From: Minutocellus sp. GHC0000111
Lineage: Eukaryota
Length of the DNA stretch: 64,000 nt
Direction: 5' to 3'
Assembly: GCA_977018835.1 (NCBI GenBank)
Contig: OZ361261.1
Location: 682,001 to 746,000, forward strand
The notes under the pieces were generated by a model. That model saw nothing but the letters and a program-made list of their open reading frames with translations. It did not search any database and was not told where the DNA came from. Made by a program: the position numbers and the translations under genes. Within the stretch, counting starts at the first letter, position 1. Every line of letters starts with the position of its first letter. Shown piece by piece: positions 35,835 to 49,677 of the stretch.

Positions 35835-38768
35835 ATGCAAATGGCTGTTACTACTGCTGCCACCGCAGCTGATGCGCCAGCATGTCGCCGCTCCCGTCGG
35901 TCCGGCAGCTCCATCCCATGCTTTGATTATTTTGTCCATCGGAGCGGCACCATCGATGCCTCTGCGATTCGTGGCAAGTCTCCTGGGATGATCCAGACCA
36001 TAGCGAACCGAGCATGGGCGGGCCTCTCACTTCAGAAACAGCAGGATGTTATGGAGCAAGCCCGAGAGGAGGAGCTGTGCTGTCCGAGCCAGACCGGTCC
36101 TGATCCGGCACAAGATGTGCCGATTTCTCAAATTCAAATTGCTCGGCGCAATTCGTCATCCAATAACGCCGATGCCAGCCCTGAGCCGACGGTCGAGGAC
36201 AATGCTGGTATCGCTGCTCGTCCTGGTGATGATAATATCGAAGCTGGGGGCATCGCCGAGTCCATGGTGGTGGATGGAAGCGGCAACAGTGAAGAATCTG
36301 GCAATCCTGCCAGTGTCGGTGTTTCTGCTACCGGCACCGCCAATTCTGGTGGATCGACCGAGGAGAATTTGGATGTGCTGCTGGTTGAGGCCGAAGCGCA
36401 ATACAAAGCTGCAGAGGAGGCTTTGAAAGGGCTAAGGGATGCCTTGAAACGAGAAAAGCGGAAGGATGAAAAGGCCATGGCCGATGCCGAGAAGAAAAGG
36501 AACAAAATGAAGGAGGCGATGCGTCATTTGGAGCAGAGGGTGCAAATGCGTGAACATCTTCGGTCGCACAGGATGCCGACGGATGCACCACCCGAACGCA
36601 AGAAAGCAATGAGAATGGAAGACAACATGCGACCTGCCATCAGCACTGGGGAACATGTCCTTGTGTCTGCCGACTTCAGTCCCAACATGAGTCGGCCTGA
36701 GGGCAAGGGATTTGTTATGGTCAGTTGAGGTGTCGGTGGAGGTGCTCTTTGCGATGTCCAGCATGAGAAGCCTTTTGGTGGCATGATGCATAAGAATGTG
36801 CCTCTCAAGGCCATCACCCCGATCCCACTCGGCCTCAACACCGATTCAATTGCCAAGGACAGGCGCAAACGGACAGCAGCTGCTCAGGCGGGGATGGATA
36901 GTGTTGACAGCGCCGGTGCCAATAAGCGTGCAAAGAGCGATGGCAGTCCGATGGAGACTCTTGTCGGAAAGCTTTTGCATGGCATGCGATGCAGGAAGAA
37001 GGATGGATATCTTCGAAAGGAGGCGAATCGAGCAACCAAAGGCAAGAAGGGATTGAAAGACGAGGAGAAGAGCATGCTTTTTGCCCAGGGATTGCTTCTG
37101 GAAGTGCATTTGAAGAGCACCGGAGGGACGCAGCACTCAAGTAGGAACAGTTCATCGCAGAAGTTTCAGTCGGATGGGAGGGTCACTATTCGTGAGCTCT
37201 GCAGAGCGTGGGGGAAGGGTAAGAATGGGCTGCGAGACATCCAGAACGAGTCTCGGAAGAATGCCATTGCCCGGGGCATACCAGCAGATCAGGCCGAGCT
37301 TGCATTTGTCACCCCCGCTCCCAAGGATTCGTCGGTTCGGCCAAAGTCTACCATTGACAATTACAAGACGGCTGAGCAGTACTTGACTGCTAAGCGCCTG
37401 TATGCAATCAACAAGTGCAGAGAGGCAAAGGAAGACTGCTATGATTCTGTATCGAAGGAGGCTGACAATGAGTTGCTCAAAACGTACCTGACCGAGTACG
37501 ACACCATCAGCGACGATGACAAGCAGCTGTGGGAGCTGAAGAGGCGGGAGCACTTGGCAAGGCAGCCGTACATACAGAACGACATTGTTGCGGCCCTTTC
37601 CAGCAATCCTCAGCGATCGTTCCGTGGTTTGGAGCAGGACATTGGTCTGTGGTGCTCGCACAAGACGATTGAGCGGTGGCTCAAGTCATTCGACACCTTC
37701 ACTTTCTACAAGGAGCGGCTGGTACCGCGCCTGTCGGAGGCTCAAAAAGCTAAGCATCTGGCCTTTGCTCAGCTCGTGCGGAATTTCTGGAACATTCGGG
37801 ATGAGAACGGCAATTTACCGAATGGAAAGAAGCGAGTTCTCCTCGTGCATTACGATGAGAAATGGTTCTGGGGTCTCGTCCTCCGAGCTTTTGCGATGGC
37901 TTGCGAGGAAATCGGCGTGAAAAAGCGAGATTACGCGGCCTTTCACAGGAGCCACATCAACAAGGTCATGGCCATTGCATTTGTTGCCGCTGTCTTTGAC
38001 GGTTCTCTTGAGAATGGGTGTGAGGTTGTAAAACTGCCACTGGTACGAGCTCAAGCTCCTAAAATTGTGGAGCGAGCTCAGTACGAAGCAGTAACACAGC
38101 CTGATGGTTCAATACGGTACCCAAATACCAACCCCGATGGGACACCAAAGGAACCTCTTCGCCGGAAAGGAGAGTCGTTTCTTGTTGATTGTTGCGTTAC
38201 TGGATCGAACGAAGGCACCAAAAAGGATCCGAAATGCTCTTTGCTCCTCGTATTCAAGGAGACTATTTTCCCAGCGATTCTCAACCTTGTCGGTCCGGGC
38301 AAGCAATACGAAGATTGCCATGTTATTATCCAGGAGGGCGACCAGGCCGGGCGTCACGAGGACGGAACCTTCACGCAATTTGTTACTAACTTCTGTGCTG
38401 AGCAAGGCTGGACGTGGCAGCCACAGGCACCGCAGATGCCTCACGCCAACGTCCTTGACTTGAGCGTGTTCCCCGCGATGAGCCGGCGGCACTCGGAATG
38501 GGCACGAAAAATGGTAGGCACCTCCGTCATTTCCACAGACCAGATCTGGGACACTGCCGAGGACGTTTACGATAGCATGCCTAACTGCAAAATTGCTTCG
38601 GCCTTCATTCAGTGCTGGAGGATAATGGGCCTGGTGATTAAGGCTGGTGGTAGCAATGAGTTTGTTGGAAGGTTGGGTGACGAAAACTTGCACACTGGAA
38701 TTAGGATCGACTTCAACGAAACGGCCAAGGGGATGGAGCCCTCAGCTCGTCATCCTTCTAATAAATAG
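35835..38768 (+). pseudogene. DD38D transposase, copy 2 (TGA at 36726-36728; QAGPH changed to QAGRH)
   Basis: Same ORF pair as copy 1. Confidence 0.85.
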
Positions 38769-38985
38769 ATAGTATTAATATCTTTACACATGTATTAAAT
38801 AAATGTTACACGTCTACAAATTATTTATAGATCTACATGTAAGATGCAGCAGCATTGGTTTGTTTACATCACGGTGGGCTTCTTTGTTCTTCTATTTCTA
38901 CCGGTATTCTTTTTTGCCTCCTTGGCCTTCTTATGATCATCAGAAAGCCACACAGCGTGGAGGGACTGACGAATCTTTCCGCGCT

Positions 38986-40018
38986 TCACACCATGTGCAT
39001 CGGCAAGTTTATTGTCAGTGAGGGCAGGGTGAGCAGTTGGTTGTTTACTCCCGTCCCATCCTCATATCCCAACTTATATGCATCTAATGCAATCTTGTCA
39101 GTAGATAATGCAATAGAGAATTCTATTGTCTTGTTATCATACAATCCGAGTTCTCTGCTTCTCCACCCTTTCGGGTAGGCACCACGACCCTCTCTTACTT
39201 GGCGATCGACTTCGATCATGCCTAGCACTGTGGTGACCGCGACCTCGCTACCCCAGCCAGGAACTTGTTTGAAGGGGAGGTAGACCCCTTTCTCTTTTCT
39301 TCTTGGTTCGGGCCTCTGACTACATGTGGGTGACTTGTAGTTCTTTATGTCTTGTGGTAGTGGTGCTTCTCCGGACGTCAAAAAGCACGCAAGCCTCCGA
39401 TGTTCGTTCCTCACAACCTCTCGTTCAATCTGTCGTTCGGTTGGTTCGGTTGGAGGCAAGGGCTCCAAGATGGTAGGGGATGACAATTGAAGGTTGCTGA
39501 ACGACGGGCATGAGCGGCTTGGGGTAAGAGCATACTGAGTATGAACTGACATTGGACTTGTTACCATGCGCGTGGCGGAGGGAAGGTCGAATGAGCTCAC
39601 GGGCTTTCTCCTCTCGCCGCTTGGCTTTGCGTCGGCGGTTGCTATGCTCATCTCTGAGAATGAATCATCTTCATCAGAATGAGATGAAACAGTAGCGGTA
39701 CCGCGAAAGTCGGCACGCAATATGTCATGATGCAAGTACTTCCTTGCTTGGGCTTGTTCGGCGGCGAAGCCATCCTCTTCGTTCGTTGTACTCGCGTCGA
39801 TATTTCAACACACGAGGAGATGTGAGGTCTGACGATGCCGGTGGGACCCCTTGGTTGTCCTCCTCGTCATCGTTGTCCTTGTTCTCTCGATACCGCGGAT
39901 GTTCCGGCGTTTCGTTGGAAGTTTCCTTCTCATGGCGCGAGGGGCTGCTGAATGCAGTCGCCTCGGCGCGTTTCGGTGGACGCGGTGGACTGAAGATGTG
40001 TCCCTTTGGAGTATCCAT
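38986..40018 (-). pseudogene. Transposon ORF2, copy 2, frameshifted by a 4 bp duplication near 39781
   Basis: cttcgttcgttgta versus cttcgttgta in copy 1. Confidence 0.65.
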
Positions 40019-40592
40019 GAGTATGGAAGCTTCTTGAAGCGCCAGTCGGCAGAAGTTGCCCAGTCTATTTGTGGTAATTGCTTGGAGGTCGGTTGTTGAC
40101 GGATGTGTTTTGATTTGCTTGCTTTGCCGCGTGTTTTTCAAGGTGCGCGCAAACCGCCGTGTCGGAAAGTCCAAAGACCCAAAAAACCGGGTCCCCGAAA
40201 TTGCTGTCCCGGACCTCGTACCTAGGTACGTAAGCGCTGCAGCGCGCGAACCGAAAAATTTCGCTCTGACAAGGGACCTGTGCGCTGATTCCACTCTTTG
40301 ATACAGCAGAATAGAACGGGTGCGCCGTTACTGACCAAACACCTATTCCCACTCACACGGAGCGCCGCTCATAGCGACAAGATTGCAACAACTTCATTAA
40401 CATCGCAGCAGCGCCTTCCTTATTATTACTGATTTTTGGAGCAGCGTGGAGGATGAATCTCTTCTCTGTGCTTTGCTGCTGCTGATTTCTTAATTTTTGG
40501 CGACCTGAACTTCATCCTAATTGCCATCCGCTTCACGCTCAGCGTCCACGTTCCGTAGCTTCTCTGATTATCGATATGGCAACATCCCACCC

Positions 40593-41848
40593 ATGATGGA
40601 AGTGGAGAAGTCTCCTGACGCCCAGGGCGATCAAAAGCTGATCTCGACCCAGCAAAGGCTCCCCTCAACAGTCTTGGGGGCACCGTCTTCGATCACTTGC
40701 CATACTCAGATGCTCGCAGAGCACTTCAGACAGGCAAAGAGTTTTTGATGACAGTAGCTCCAAATGTTCAGACTCTGAACATAATGAAGCCAAACGAAAC
40801 GGACATTATCGCTGCCCGCCGCTTCCCAAATGTCGAAAAGGTTAATATCTTATGTCTGTTTGACTGCGAAGACAACGGTCCGGACGCTCCGATGGCTACG
40901 ACTCTTACTCTGAAGCCAAACGTTGTCAGTCGTATCGTTCCATTCCTTATTTCCGTCCCCAAACTGAAACAAGTTTCAATTGGGGGGTTTATATTTGGTT
41001 GTCCAGGGGGCGGTAGAGGCTTTCGCGAGTATAGACCAAATGTAGAAGGGTTAACAGACAGCAAAAATGAAGAAGCTATCATTGCCCTCATGCGTGCTTT
41101 CGCCGGAGCGTTTGCGACCCGAGCATTGAATCAAACCTTGATAATAAAAGGATTCGAATCATTTCCCTGGATACTAGATGAGTACGATTCTGACATGGAT
41201 TCTATCCGAAGAAAAGCGTTGCCAGTGTTTGAAGAAGTCTGCGCAACATTTCCCTTCTACTATGTCCTACGATGCACTGTCTGTGCGCAGGTCCATGAAC
41301 TATTCGATTTCGATGTATACTCTCACGTGCGCCGCCGTGATACGAATATGTCAGTCGGTGAATGGTGCTGTCGGGCATGGCAGTTCGCGTCCTTGATTAA
41401 CAATGGTATAGTTCAAAATGGTGTCAACTCTGCAGAAAATAAAGAGGAAAGGAGAGAGATAGAAGACATTTGTGCGAAAACCCAGAAGAGTATATCTCTG
41501 CATTATGAAGACTGGCTTTCGATGAGTGCTAAAGAACTGGACAGAATGGAAAAATTCATTCACAAGTACTTTCCAAAGCCAGGCGAATTTTTAACCCATG
41601 CTGACTTGATGTATTTCATCTTTGATGTTCGAGAGGTTGACTACCATGGAAGGTTGGAAAGGCGTTCAGATAATTACTGTTACCTTCTGGCATCGACCTT
41701 TGACCGACTCCCTTCCATGGGCATTCCAATCAGACGGAACGACCCTAGACTTGTCATTCTAGACGATAATAACTACCCGCTATTGCGCAATATAGCGCCT
41801 CCTGATGATGGTCGTCGGCGTGGTGGTGGTGGCAGGTCTACTAACTAG
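40593..41848 (+). pseudogene. F-box-like hypothetical protein, copy 2
   Basis: Duplicate of 13833-15088 with the same frame break. Confidence 0.5.
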
Positions 41849-42456
41849 TATGGAAATTGATGAAGTATAAAGACATGGTCAGAGATTAAGCAAAGAAACC
41901 ACGGGAAGCATCGAGGAAACCAAAACAAATACATGTACCTAGCTACGTAGGTACTGGTAGAAATGACAAATGCACGCAGCGCGAATGAGAACAGAGGCAA
42001 AAATAAGAAAAAGAAAAGAAATAGATCCTCTCGAGAGAATCAAGCAAAGAAACCAACACAAAACGGAACAAGCTACGTATGAAGAAACGACTAACGATAC
42101 GACACAGACAGGTAGAGCTTGAATAGCAGGCTACTACCGGTATCTCTAGACTTTGCAGTAGAGTAGATGTAGAAATCAAACCACAGTATACAAAGATAAA
42201 TGTTTGTAAAGTTCCTGAACCTTTGTTTTATCTTAACACCCTTGATGTACATCAATATTTTCTGTCTCTTGGCCGCGACGATCCATCGCGATAGTTTGGC
42301 ATGTGTGCACACTTGGTACCGAAAGCCTTCATTCATACTGATACTCTTGATAAAGACACGATTCTCCGGAACAGCTTCTTTCGCCGCCATTGCCCGACTG
42401 CTTAAAACATGGACTGACGACTTTACGATAAACGATTGTCAGTTGCTACGAGGTGC

Positions 42457-44243
42457 TCAAACTCCGCACATCCTCTTGGCGACGAAGGCAAGTCCAGCGA
42501 TGCACCAAAGGGTGAAGGAGATGGCACCGAGGGCAAGGGCAGCGGTGAGCTTCTGAGCATCATTGTCGGTGTAAGTGGCGGGAGAGGCGAAGGTGGCAGT
42601 GTTGGCGGGGGCGGCAGCCTCACCAGAGATCTTGGCCTCGAGCTCGGCGATCTTGGCCATGGCCTTCTCGAGATCGCTCTCTTGGCTGTAGCGCTGGTAC
42701 TCGGCGTAGCTGCGGCGCTTGTGGCTAATGACATAAGTGCCCTGGCCCTCTCCGGGGATGGTGTCCTCCTCGACAGTCCACTCGGGAGCGGCGGGGTCGA
42801 CCTGGAGCATCTCAATGCCCTCGAGGGCAATCTTGCGGACCGAGTTGGGGACACGGGTGAAGCCGAAGATGCTGCACTGCTCAATGGCCTTGGGATCGTA
42901 GAGGTTCTTGAGGAAGGCAACGAGGAGGGACTGCTGCTCGGGGGTTTCCATGAAGGAGAGGTCCTTGCGGGCGTAGATGTAGGACATGGCAACGATGGGC
43001 CAGGTGAATTCGCCGGGCTTGTTGAGAAGGTCGACGGATCCGAAGTCGGCGTCGGCGCTGTCGGGGATGGCAGCGGCGGCGGCGCCGATGCCGCCCTTCT
43101 CGGCGGCCCTGTGGCTGGAGAGGTAGGTGCCGTGGACGTTCTGGAGCTCGATCTCCTTGAGGCCCTCGGAATGGCCGTGGCCGGCATCGATGTAGCCGAT
43201 GGCGCCGGGGATTTCCTTGAGGCACTTGGTCATGCCGCCAGAGCCCTCGCATTCCTCGGATCCCTCGGGCCAGTCGATGGTCTTGCCAACGAGGGAGGAG
43301 GGCCACTCAGAGGGACAGGCGGTGTGGAGGTACTGCGAGGAGGCATAGAAAAGGGAGGAAGGGCATATTTGTACAAAGTGAGTAAGTGGGAGCAAATGCA
43401 CTATGTATGTGCCAATCGTCAAATGAAAGTCCCCAGCCAATCTTGTCAAATGCAAATAAAAAAATGCGAACTGGCAAGTCACCAATTCATTTATTTCATG
43501 GCTGTACTTTTCCCGTCACTTTAGTGCCGAGCCAGATCGATACAATCGTGCCCAACTATGCATGTGCTCCGGATCTTTGTCACAACGCGAGGGGGGCATA
43601 ACAGAAATCGCCAGCAAAATCAATGACAATCAAACAAAACAAATTACGTTGGGCTCTCGCTTACCTGAGTCACACTGGCGGTAGAGGACGATCCGTGAAC
43701 ACGGCGGGAGACGGTGATGGGGTAGTCGTCGTAGGGGAGGGCCTTCTTGAGGTTGGGGTTCATCTCGAGGACGCGGTCGTCGTCCCAGAACTTGATCTCG
43801 CGATTGAAGATCTGGGACAGGACGCAGCTGGTCAGGTTGAGGCCGGAGGGTCCGTCGGGGACGCCGGGGATGTTGTGGAAGATGGAGATGGCACCGAGGA
43901 CGAAGGGGAGGTGGACCATCTCCTTGCCAGCGTCGGTGAAGGCCTTGTAGTTGGAGGACGAGACGGGGATGTCGCCGGAGCCGAAGTCGTTGTGGGGGAC
44001 GTAGGCGTTGGTTCCGGTGTTGTTGACGCCGAGGAACTCCTTCTGGCCGGTGGACGAGCCGACGGCACGGTACGTGAGGCGGACGGGCTCCTTTGTGCGA
44101 TCCATGAACTGGTCCATCAACATCCAGATGCACTTGGAGGGGTTCGTGGTTCCGGAACCATGGATGTCCAGAACCTCTCCGGCGGAGGAGATGGTGCTGC
44201 CACCGAGGACGGCGGCGAAGGCGGCGGCGATCAGGTACTTCAT
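42457..44243 (-). CDS. PstS-like phosphate-binding protein, copy 2, intact
   Basis: Duplicate of 15697-17483 with one R/H difference. Confidence 0.85.
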
Positions 44244-44570
44244 TGTTGTTCCTATTCGGATCTTTTTGTGAGGGTGCAGAGGCGGCAGAGCTCCGATTTC
44301 ACTGGGTTATGAGCTTAAAACTTCCGTTCAAGGCACTCCTCCTTCTTATCATTTCACCATAAAAGAGCCTAAACAAAAAATTAGGAGTAAAGAATTTCCG
44401 GGTTCTGCGCTGCTTCGACGCGACGCGACGCGACGCGCGACGGGCGGAGGCTGGACGGCCATTTTTTCCCCACCCATCCACCATTTCTCTCAATTCTTCT
44501 TCTCTACGTCGCTAGCTACGTAGTTGGATTAGATAAGATAGTCGATGCACACTGCTTGTAAACACTGCTG

Positions 44571-46519
44571 ATGGGCCACGACACGATGATATCCTCAGGT
44601 AGAAATCAACTGCTTGCCTTTGGAGTTGCTTTGGCTACATTCCTGGCGATCGTTCACCCCGTTGCCTCCTTCGTCACTCCATCAACATCTCGACACATCT
44701 CACATGCGTCCCATCTCTCTGATGATCGTTACAGTCATCCCCTCGTCTTGTCCAGCGCAGCCACCCCCAACGCTGGCCAGCACATGGAATGCGCCGCCCT
44801 ACTGCCTGCCCAGGCGGTTCAAGTGAAGCTGGGAGAAATGTCCCAGGCGCGCAAGGCGTGGAAGAAACGTCGTCGGTCGGGATCGCCTCTCCTCATTCCC
44901 GTGGAAATTCTCGGTCTGGACCGGACCAGCCTCGTCCGCAACAATGTCTTGGCCATTCTCCTCAAGTATGGCAACCCCATCACCAACAAGAGTGCCGGCG
45001 GATTGTCCGCGGACGAAAATTTGCCCCGAAATGGCGTTTGTCTGTCGGTTTCTAGGCTCTGCAAGCTGATGGAGAGAGACTATGGCACCAACCTTAACGA
45101 CAATGCACATGTTCTTGGTTTTGACGGCGTTGGAGATATGCTCATTTCGCTATTTGGTGATGATGATGGAGGTAGTGCTCAGGACACCAACACCAGCAAA
45201 AGCAACGCCTATGGCGTCAAGGTGATCAAGGGGCAAGATAATTTGCTATTGGTGTCCAAACTGACAAAGAGACAGGCCAGAGAGGAGGTATCCAAGGTAT
45301 GCCTCGCTCACGTTGACTCATTATCAGCCAATGATGAAACCACAGATGAAGCATCCTTTGCATCTCATCTCGGAACAGCCAAGGTCCGCCAGGACCGAGG
45401 ACCACCGCCAACATTTACTACGGTGCCTCTTGCAGCTGCTGTGCGAGTGAAGCAAGAGGATGTCGAAGAGGGAAGAGTTCAATCGAATGATTTGGCAAAC
45501 GCATTCGTATTTTCTTTCGAACAGCCTCAGTCTTCCGAAGACAACGAAGGGTCGTCTCCCCTCTTGACTCTTGCCCTTCATCCTCCACCGAGACGCGTTG
45601 CTAACAACAAACGCAATCAGCGTCGTCAGGAGACACCAACAAACGCAGAGGAAAATATTTCAAGAGAATTGAAGAGTCTCAAGGTCGGAGAGGGACCATT
45701 GACAGGAACCGTGGTTGCTGTATCACCTCGGGCTGGCGCCGCCTTCGTTGATGTCGGAGTAGGACGAGAGCGAAGCAAGAGACTTGGCGGAGGTACAACT
45801 CGTGTCTTGGGCATGTTGAGATTCGAAGATTTTCCACCCTCGTCTACCATGTCTGGTGCTACTGTTGGTGATGAACAAGAGGAGGAAAGTATAACGATTG
45901 AAGACTTGGCAATTGAAGATTTTGAAGCTGAATGGGACGAGGCAAGTAAGATGTCTGTTGAAGATGACGTTCAGTATGATGGCGAGGCTTTTGATGAAGA
46001 CGATGATTTTGCTGGTCTAAGCCCGGAAGAGCGTCTGAGAGAAATTGGAATAATGTTGGACGAAGAAGAGGCATCGCCTGGGCCGGCACCGGGTGGCAGC
46101 AGTAGCCTCCGCCCGGGAGACTCTATCGAGGTATTTATCAAGGCCATCAGTCGCCAAAGCGGTAGATTTATGGTAACAGGCGATCCCTCTATCAAGGGCA
46201 AGAAGGCCAAGGATGTGAAGATGGAAAAGAATGCACAAAGAGGATGGATAAGCTCGCCAAATCACTGGGAGGGGAGGATGGCCTTGCGGATTTGTTGTCT
46301 TCCGTTGGCCTGGAATTCACCGGAGTTGTGAAGGCAACGTCCAAATCGAATGCCGGTGCTTGCTACTATGTCCAGCCCGTGGATAGTGACCTGCCAGTAG
46401 GCATCGCCAACTGTGATGGGCAAGAAGGTGTCATGTCACTCTCACCGGGAGACGAGGTTCAGATACGTCTCGAGGGTGTCGACGAAACGAGGGGGCAAAT
46501 TTCATTCACCGTGTTGTAA
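44571..46519 (+). pseudogene. S1-domain protein, copy 2, same frameshift
   Basis: Duplicate of 17810-19758. Confidence 0.7.
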
Positions 46520-46568
46520 ATTTAAAACCAGCGCTATCGTCTAAAAGTCTCAGTTATACTAGTGCTTT

Positions 46569-48971
46569 TTAATCTAGGGCCAAGCTGCTAATAGGATTCT
46601 GTTCTTGCGCAAAGGACTGAAGTCCTACCGCGACGCCAACCGCTCTAACAGGATCAGCCCCTCGTCCCTCCCCAGTTGAACTGCTGTCAGTAATGGACGA
46701 GGACGGACGAAGGGAGGGATCCCAAGATGCTCCAGCGTATCGCTGATTCCAAAATCCATCTGTATTTGTGAAGCGATCCGGCTGAATCCCTCGTACCGTA
46801 ACACCGTTCACACCACCCCAACTAAGGCCAAGATTGTATACGTGGCTGTTGTTATTGACGTGGTTGACAATAAAGTCAATGGCAGCGTCGTCAATGGCGA
46901 ACTCCTGACAGTACAAACCAATAGAAAGATCGAAATGGTCCCGATAGTCCTGAATTGTGCTCGGCGATCGTTGCCCACCAACGTTAGACAGAAGCTGATC
47001 TCTCTCGGCCTCAAACTCATCGTTATTGCCAAGACCGCCCCCATCGTTATCGACAGAGCCACCACCTCCTCCTTGCTGTGGACGAATCCGAGCATATGGC
47101 TGCAAACAGTAATCTCTCTTGAACTTTTCGCAGTCAAAATAGAGGAATTCATACATGGAATCTTTTGCCTGAACAGGACCAAGTAGATCGATATCTTTCT
47201 TGTGCCAAAGCAAACTACCTGCATTGAAAAATACTTTATCACCTCTCTTGAGAAGGCCCTTGTAGCATGCTTGCTGTACATCGCCAGCGGAGTGGAAGAA
47301 ATAAATTTCATTACACGGCGAAGAGCAATAATTTGATATGTCTCGAATCTCGGAAATGGTAAAGGAGGCAATCCCTTCTACTCGTGCCCCGGCGTCTCGA
47401 AGTGCATCGACAACCAGGGCCCATACTCGGTGGGACACATGACGAGATTTGATATCAAGTACAAGACCAAGTGGTGCGTTGCATCTGGTGATCTCCTTGA
47501 GAAGCGAAATGGATTCCACAATGGTAGTCTCGGGGACGCTGCTCATTGCAAGCGCGTTGAGAGACTTATGATTGGAGGCTGGTGCCGGTGTTGTCGAACG
47601 ACTTGGCGTTCGGCGGTGCCGTTTTTTTCTTGGAGATGTTGATGGTGTCCTTCGCGGAATGCCACCCTTGTCCGAAGGTTTGCTCATGTCTCGACTCAGC
47701 TTTCGCCTCCTACGGAAGCTAGCATCGTTGCCACTTGCCATGGTGGAAGCATCGGCTGACGGACCAGTCTCAAGTGGTGGAACATCTGGAGCATCATTTT
47801 GAGAGAAAGAGTTGTACGTCGTTGGGCTCGATGGTGGGCTTCGACGCAATTCATTCTCATGGCTTCCGCACCCACTACTCTGTAAACTTCCCTTTCTATT
47901 CACCAAAGGTGGCGTTCGAGCAGTTCCATCAACGTTTGCTGGTGCAAGCAATGGCGTGTCCTCTACTTCTGCCGTAGTGACTTCGGCGGATGTCGGGTCA
48001 TCCTCATCGGGTGGTGTCCGACGATAGAAGGCACATCGGAGCATTCCGCCATCGCACCCCCCATCACCACCCTCGGCATCCGGCACGCGTCTCAAGAGCA
48101 GCCACGTCAAGAACCAAAATGCTATGGAATATCCCCCGGCCGTGTAAAGTATGTGGCCCAAAATATCACTGAACAGGTGCGACCAACCAAAGACGTTTTC
48201 CTCCAGAGCCAGCCGGACGGGGAGAGGGACGAGATCGTCGTACGCATGTCCGTCAATCTCGTCTTCGAGAAAGTCAAATGCCTCCATGAGCGGATCCACC
48301 GAATCTTCCTCGTCTTCGTCGCCTTCATCGACCGTGGGGAAGAAGGTGATGCGACGGTAGGACGGTGAGGCGGCAAGGCCGGTCAAGGTCGGCCGTGCCT
48401 GTTGGTACAGGGCAGGAGAATTCCCGGCGCTCATTGTGCCGCCTACGTCCGACTCTGATTCGTCGTAGCTCAATGTACCCCCAATCTTCATTGGCGACCC
48501 ATCTCATGACGATAACCGGCGTCTGTGGCCAGGTGCTATCGGCGGCAGAGTAGATTCGTGGGGGGTTGCAATTGCGGAGGTCGATTCTTCCTCCTCAACA
48601 CTTCCGGACCTGGAACTCATTTCTATTTCAACCGGGACAGACCCGCCCGACCCAACACCAATACTTCTCACGCGGAACATCTTGGACCTTATGCTGGCCT
48701 CGTGGATGCCATCGGGATCCCGTTTGGCGACGATGGGCCTGGCCATGACCATGCTTGCCGAACCACCAGTAGTTGTTCTCGTGTCATGCGGAGTTGACGT
48801 GCTGATGATGTCGTTTTTCGGGCCAGAGTCGTAATCTGTCCGATTTCGCAGATGCGCGTTCTGGTCGGAACTTTCGGCCGAAGTCCCGCCGCTCCCGGTC
48901 ACCTCTCCACGCTCGCAGGAGCTCATTATGGAGCTGCCTTGTTTGTGTTCGCTACCGCTTGCTTGGACCAT
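46569..48971 (-). pseudogene. Large membrane protein, copy 2, with 1,377 bp in-frame internal deletion
   Basis: Junction tcctcATCGggtgg at 48006-48009 joins copy-1 positions 21248 and 22626, giving a 640 aa ORF. The upstream TGA (48504-48506) remains. Confidence 0.75.
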
Positions 48972-49677
48972 TGCACGGTCGGGTCACACGCAACTTCATC
49001 GTTGCTTTTGAATGAGCGAATTTCGCGCACCTGAATGAGAAGTACATTTGCCTGATCCTGTGGACTATGTCCGTCCGTCCTGCATGCTGGTCCCGATCCC
49101 TTGACTGTTGGTCGAGCTGAGACGGGTGCTGCCCCTTTCGATGCCGCGTCAGATCGATGGTGATGCAACACAAGTGGATTGATTGATGATGATGATGATG
49201 CCAAACCTTGGATCTATCTTCACCAATCATCACCATCATCGTCCGTTATGCTTCTGTAGAAACGGGACGTGGCATGTAGCAACTCGAAAATTTGCCTTGA
49301 AGAGCGCCTTGCGTTTACTTTTCGTCGTCGGCTGCGGTTGTTCTCTGGACCCTGAAGGAGAACGATACCGAGGATAGAAATAGCGTAAAACCACTCCCAC
49401 CCACCCTTTAGGCCGTCTAGCTGTCAAGCTGACAGCTATTGGAATGGGTTGGGATGTGGTGCCCAGTGTAGGCATCCACCAACCTTTCCTATTTGTGACT
49501 TTACATGAGAATATATCTATGTGATCGATCGAGATGAAGATTGTGCAAGATGATCAGTTGAAATCCCCGAGTCCCGAAGGCAGCCTCCCGGAAAGGCTTG
49601 ATCTAAGCGGCTTTAGCCGCTTTTGATTGATTGATCGAGCGGATCAGAATATTACTGTACTATCGATCGTTTGTATT

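Larger units (their letters stand above)
35255..40218 (+). mobile_element. Mariner-type element, copy 2
   Basis: Same TIRs, TA flanks and flanking sequence as copy 1, so duplicated with the segment. Confidence 0.93.

Noticed and set aside
35255..40218. Three independent transposon insertions
   Set aside because: Flanks are identical in all copies; one insertion predates the amplification.
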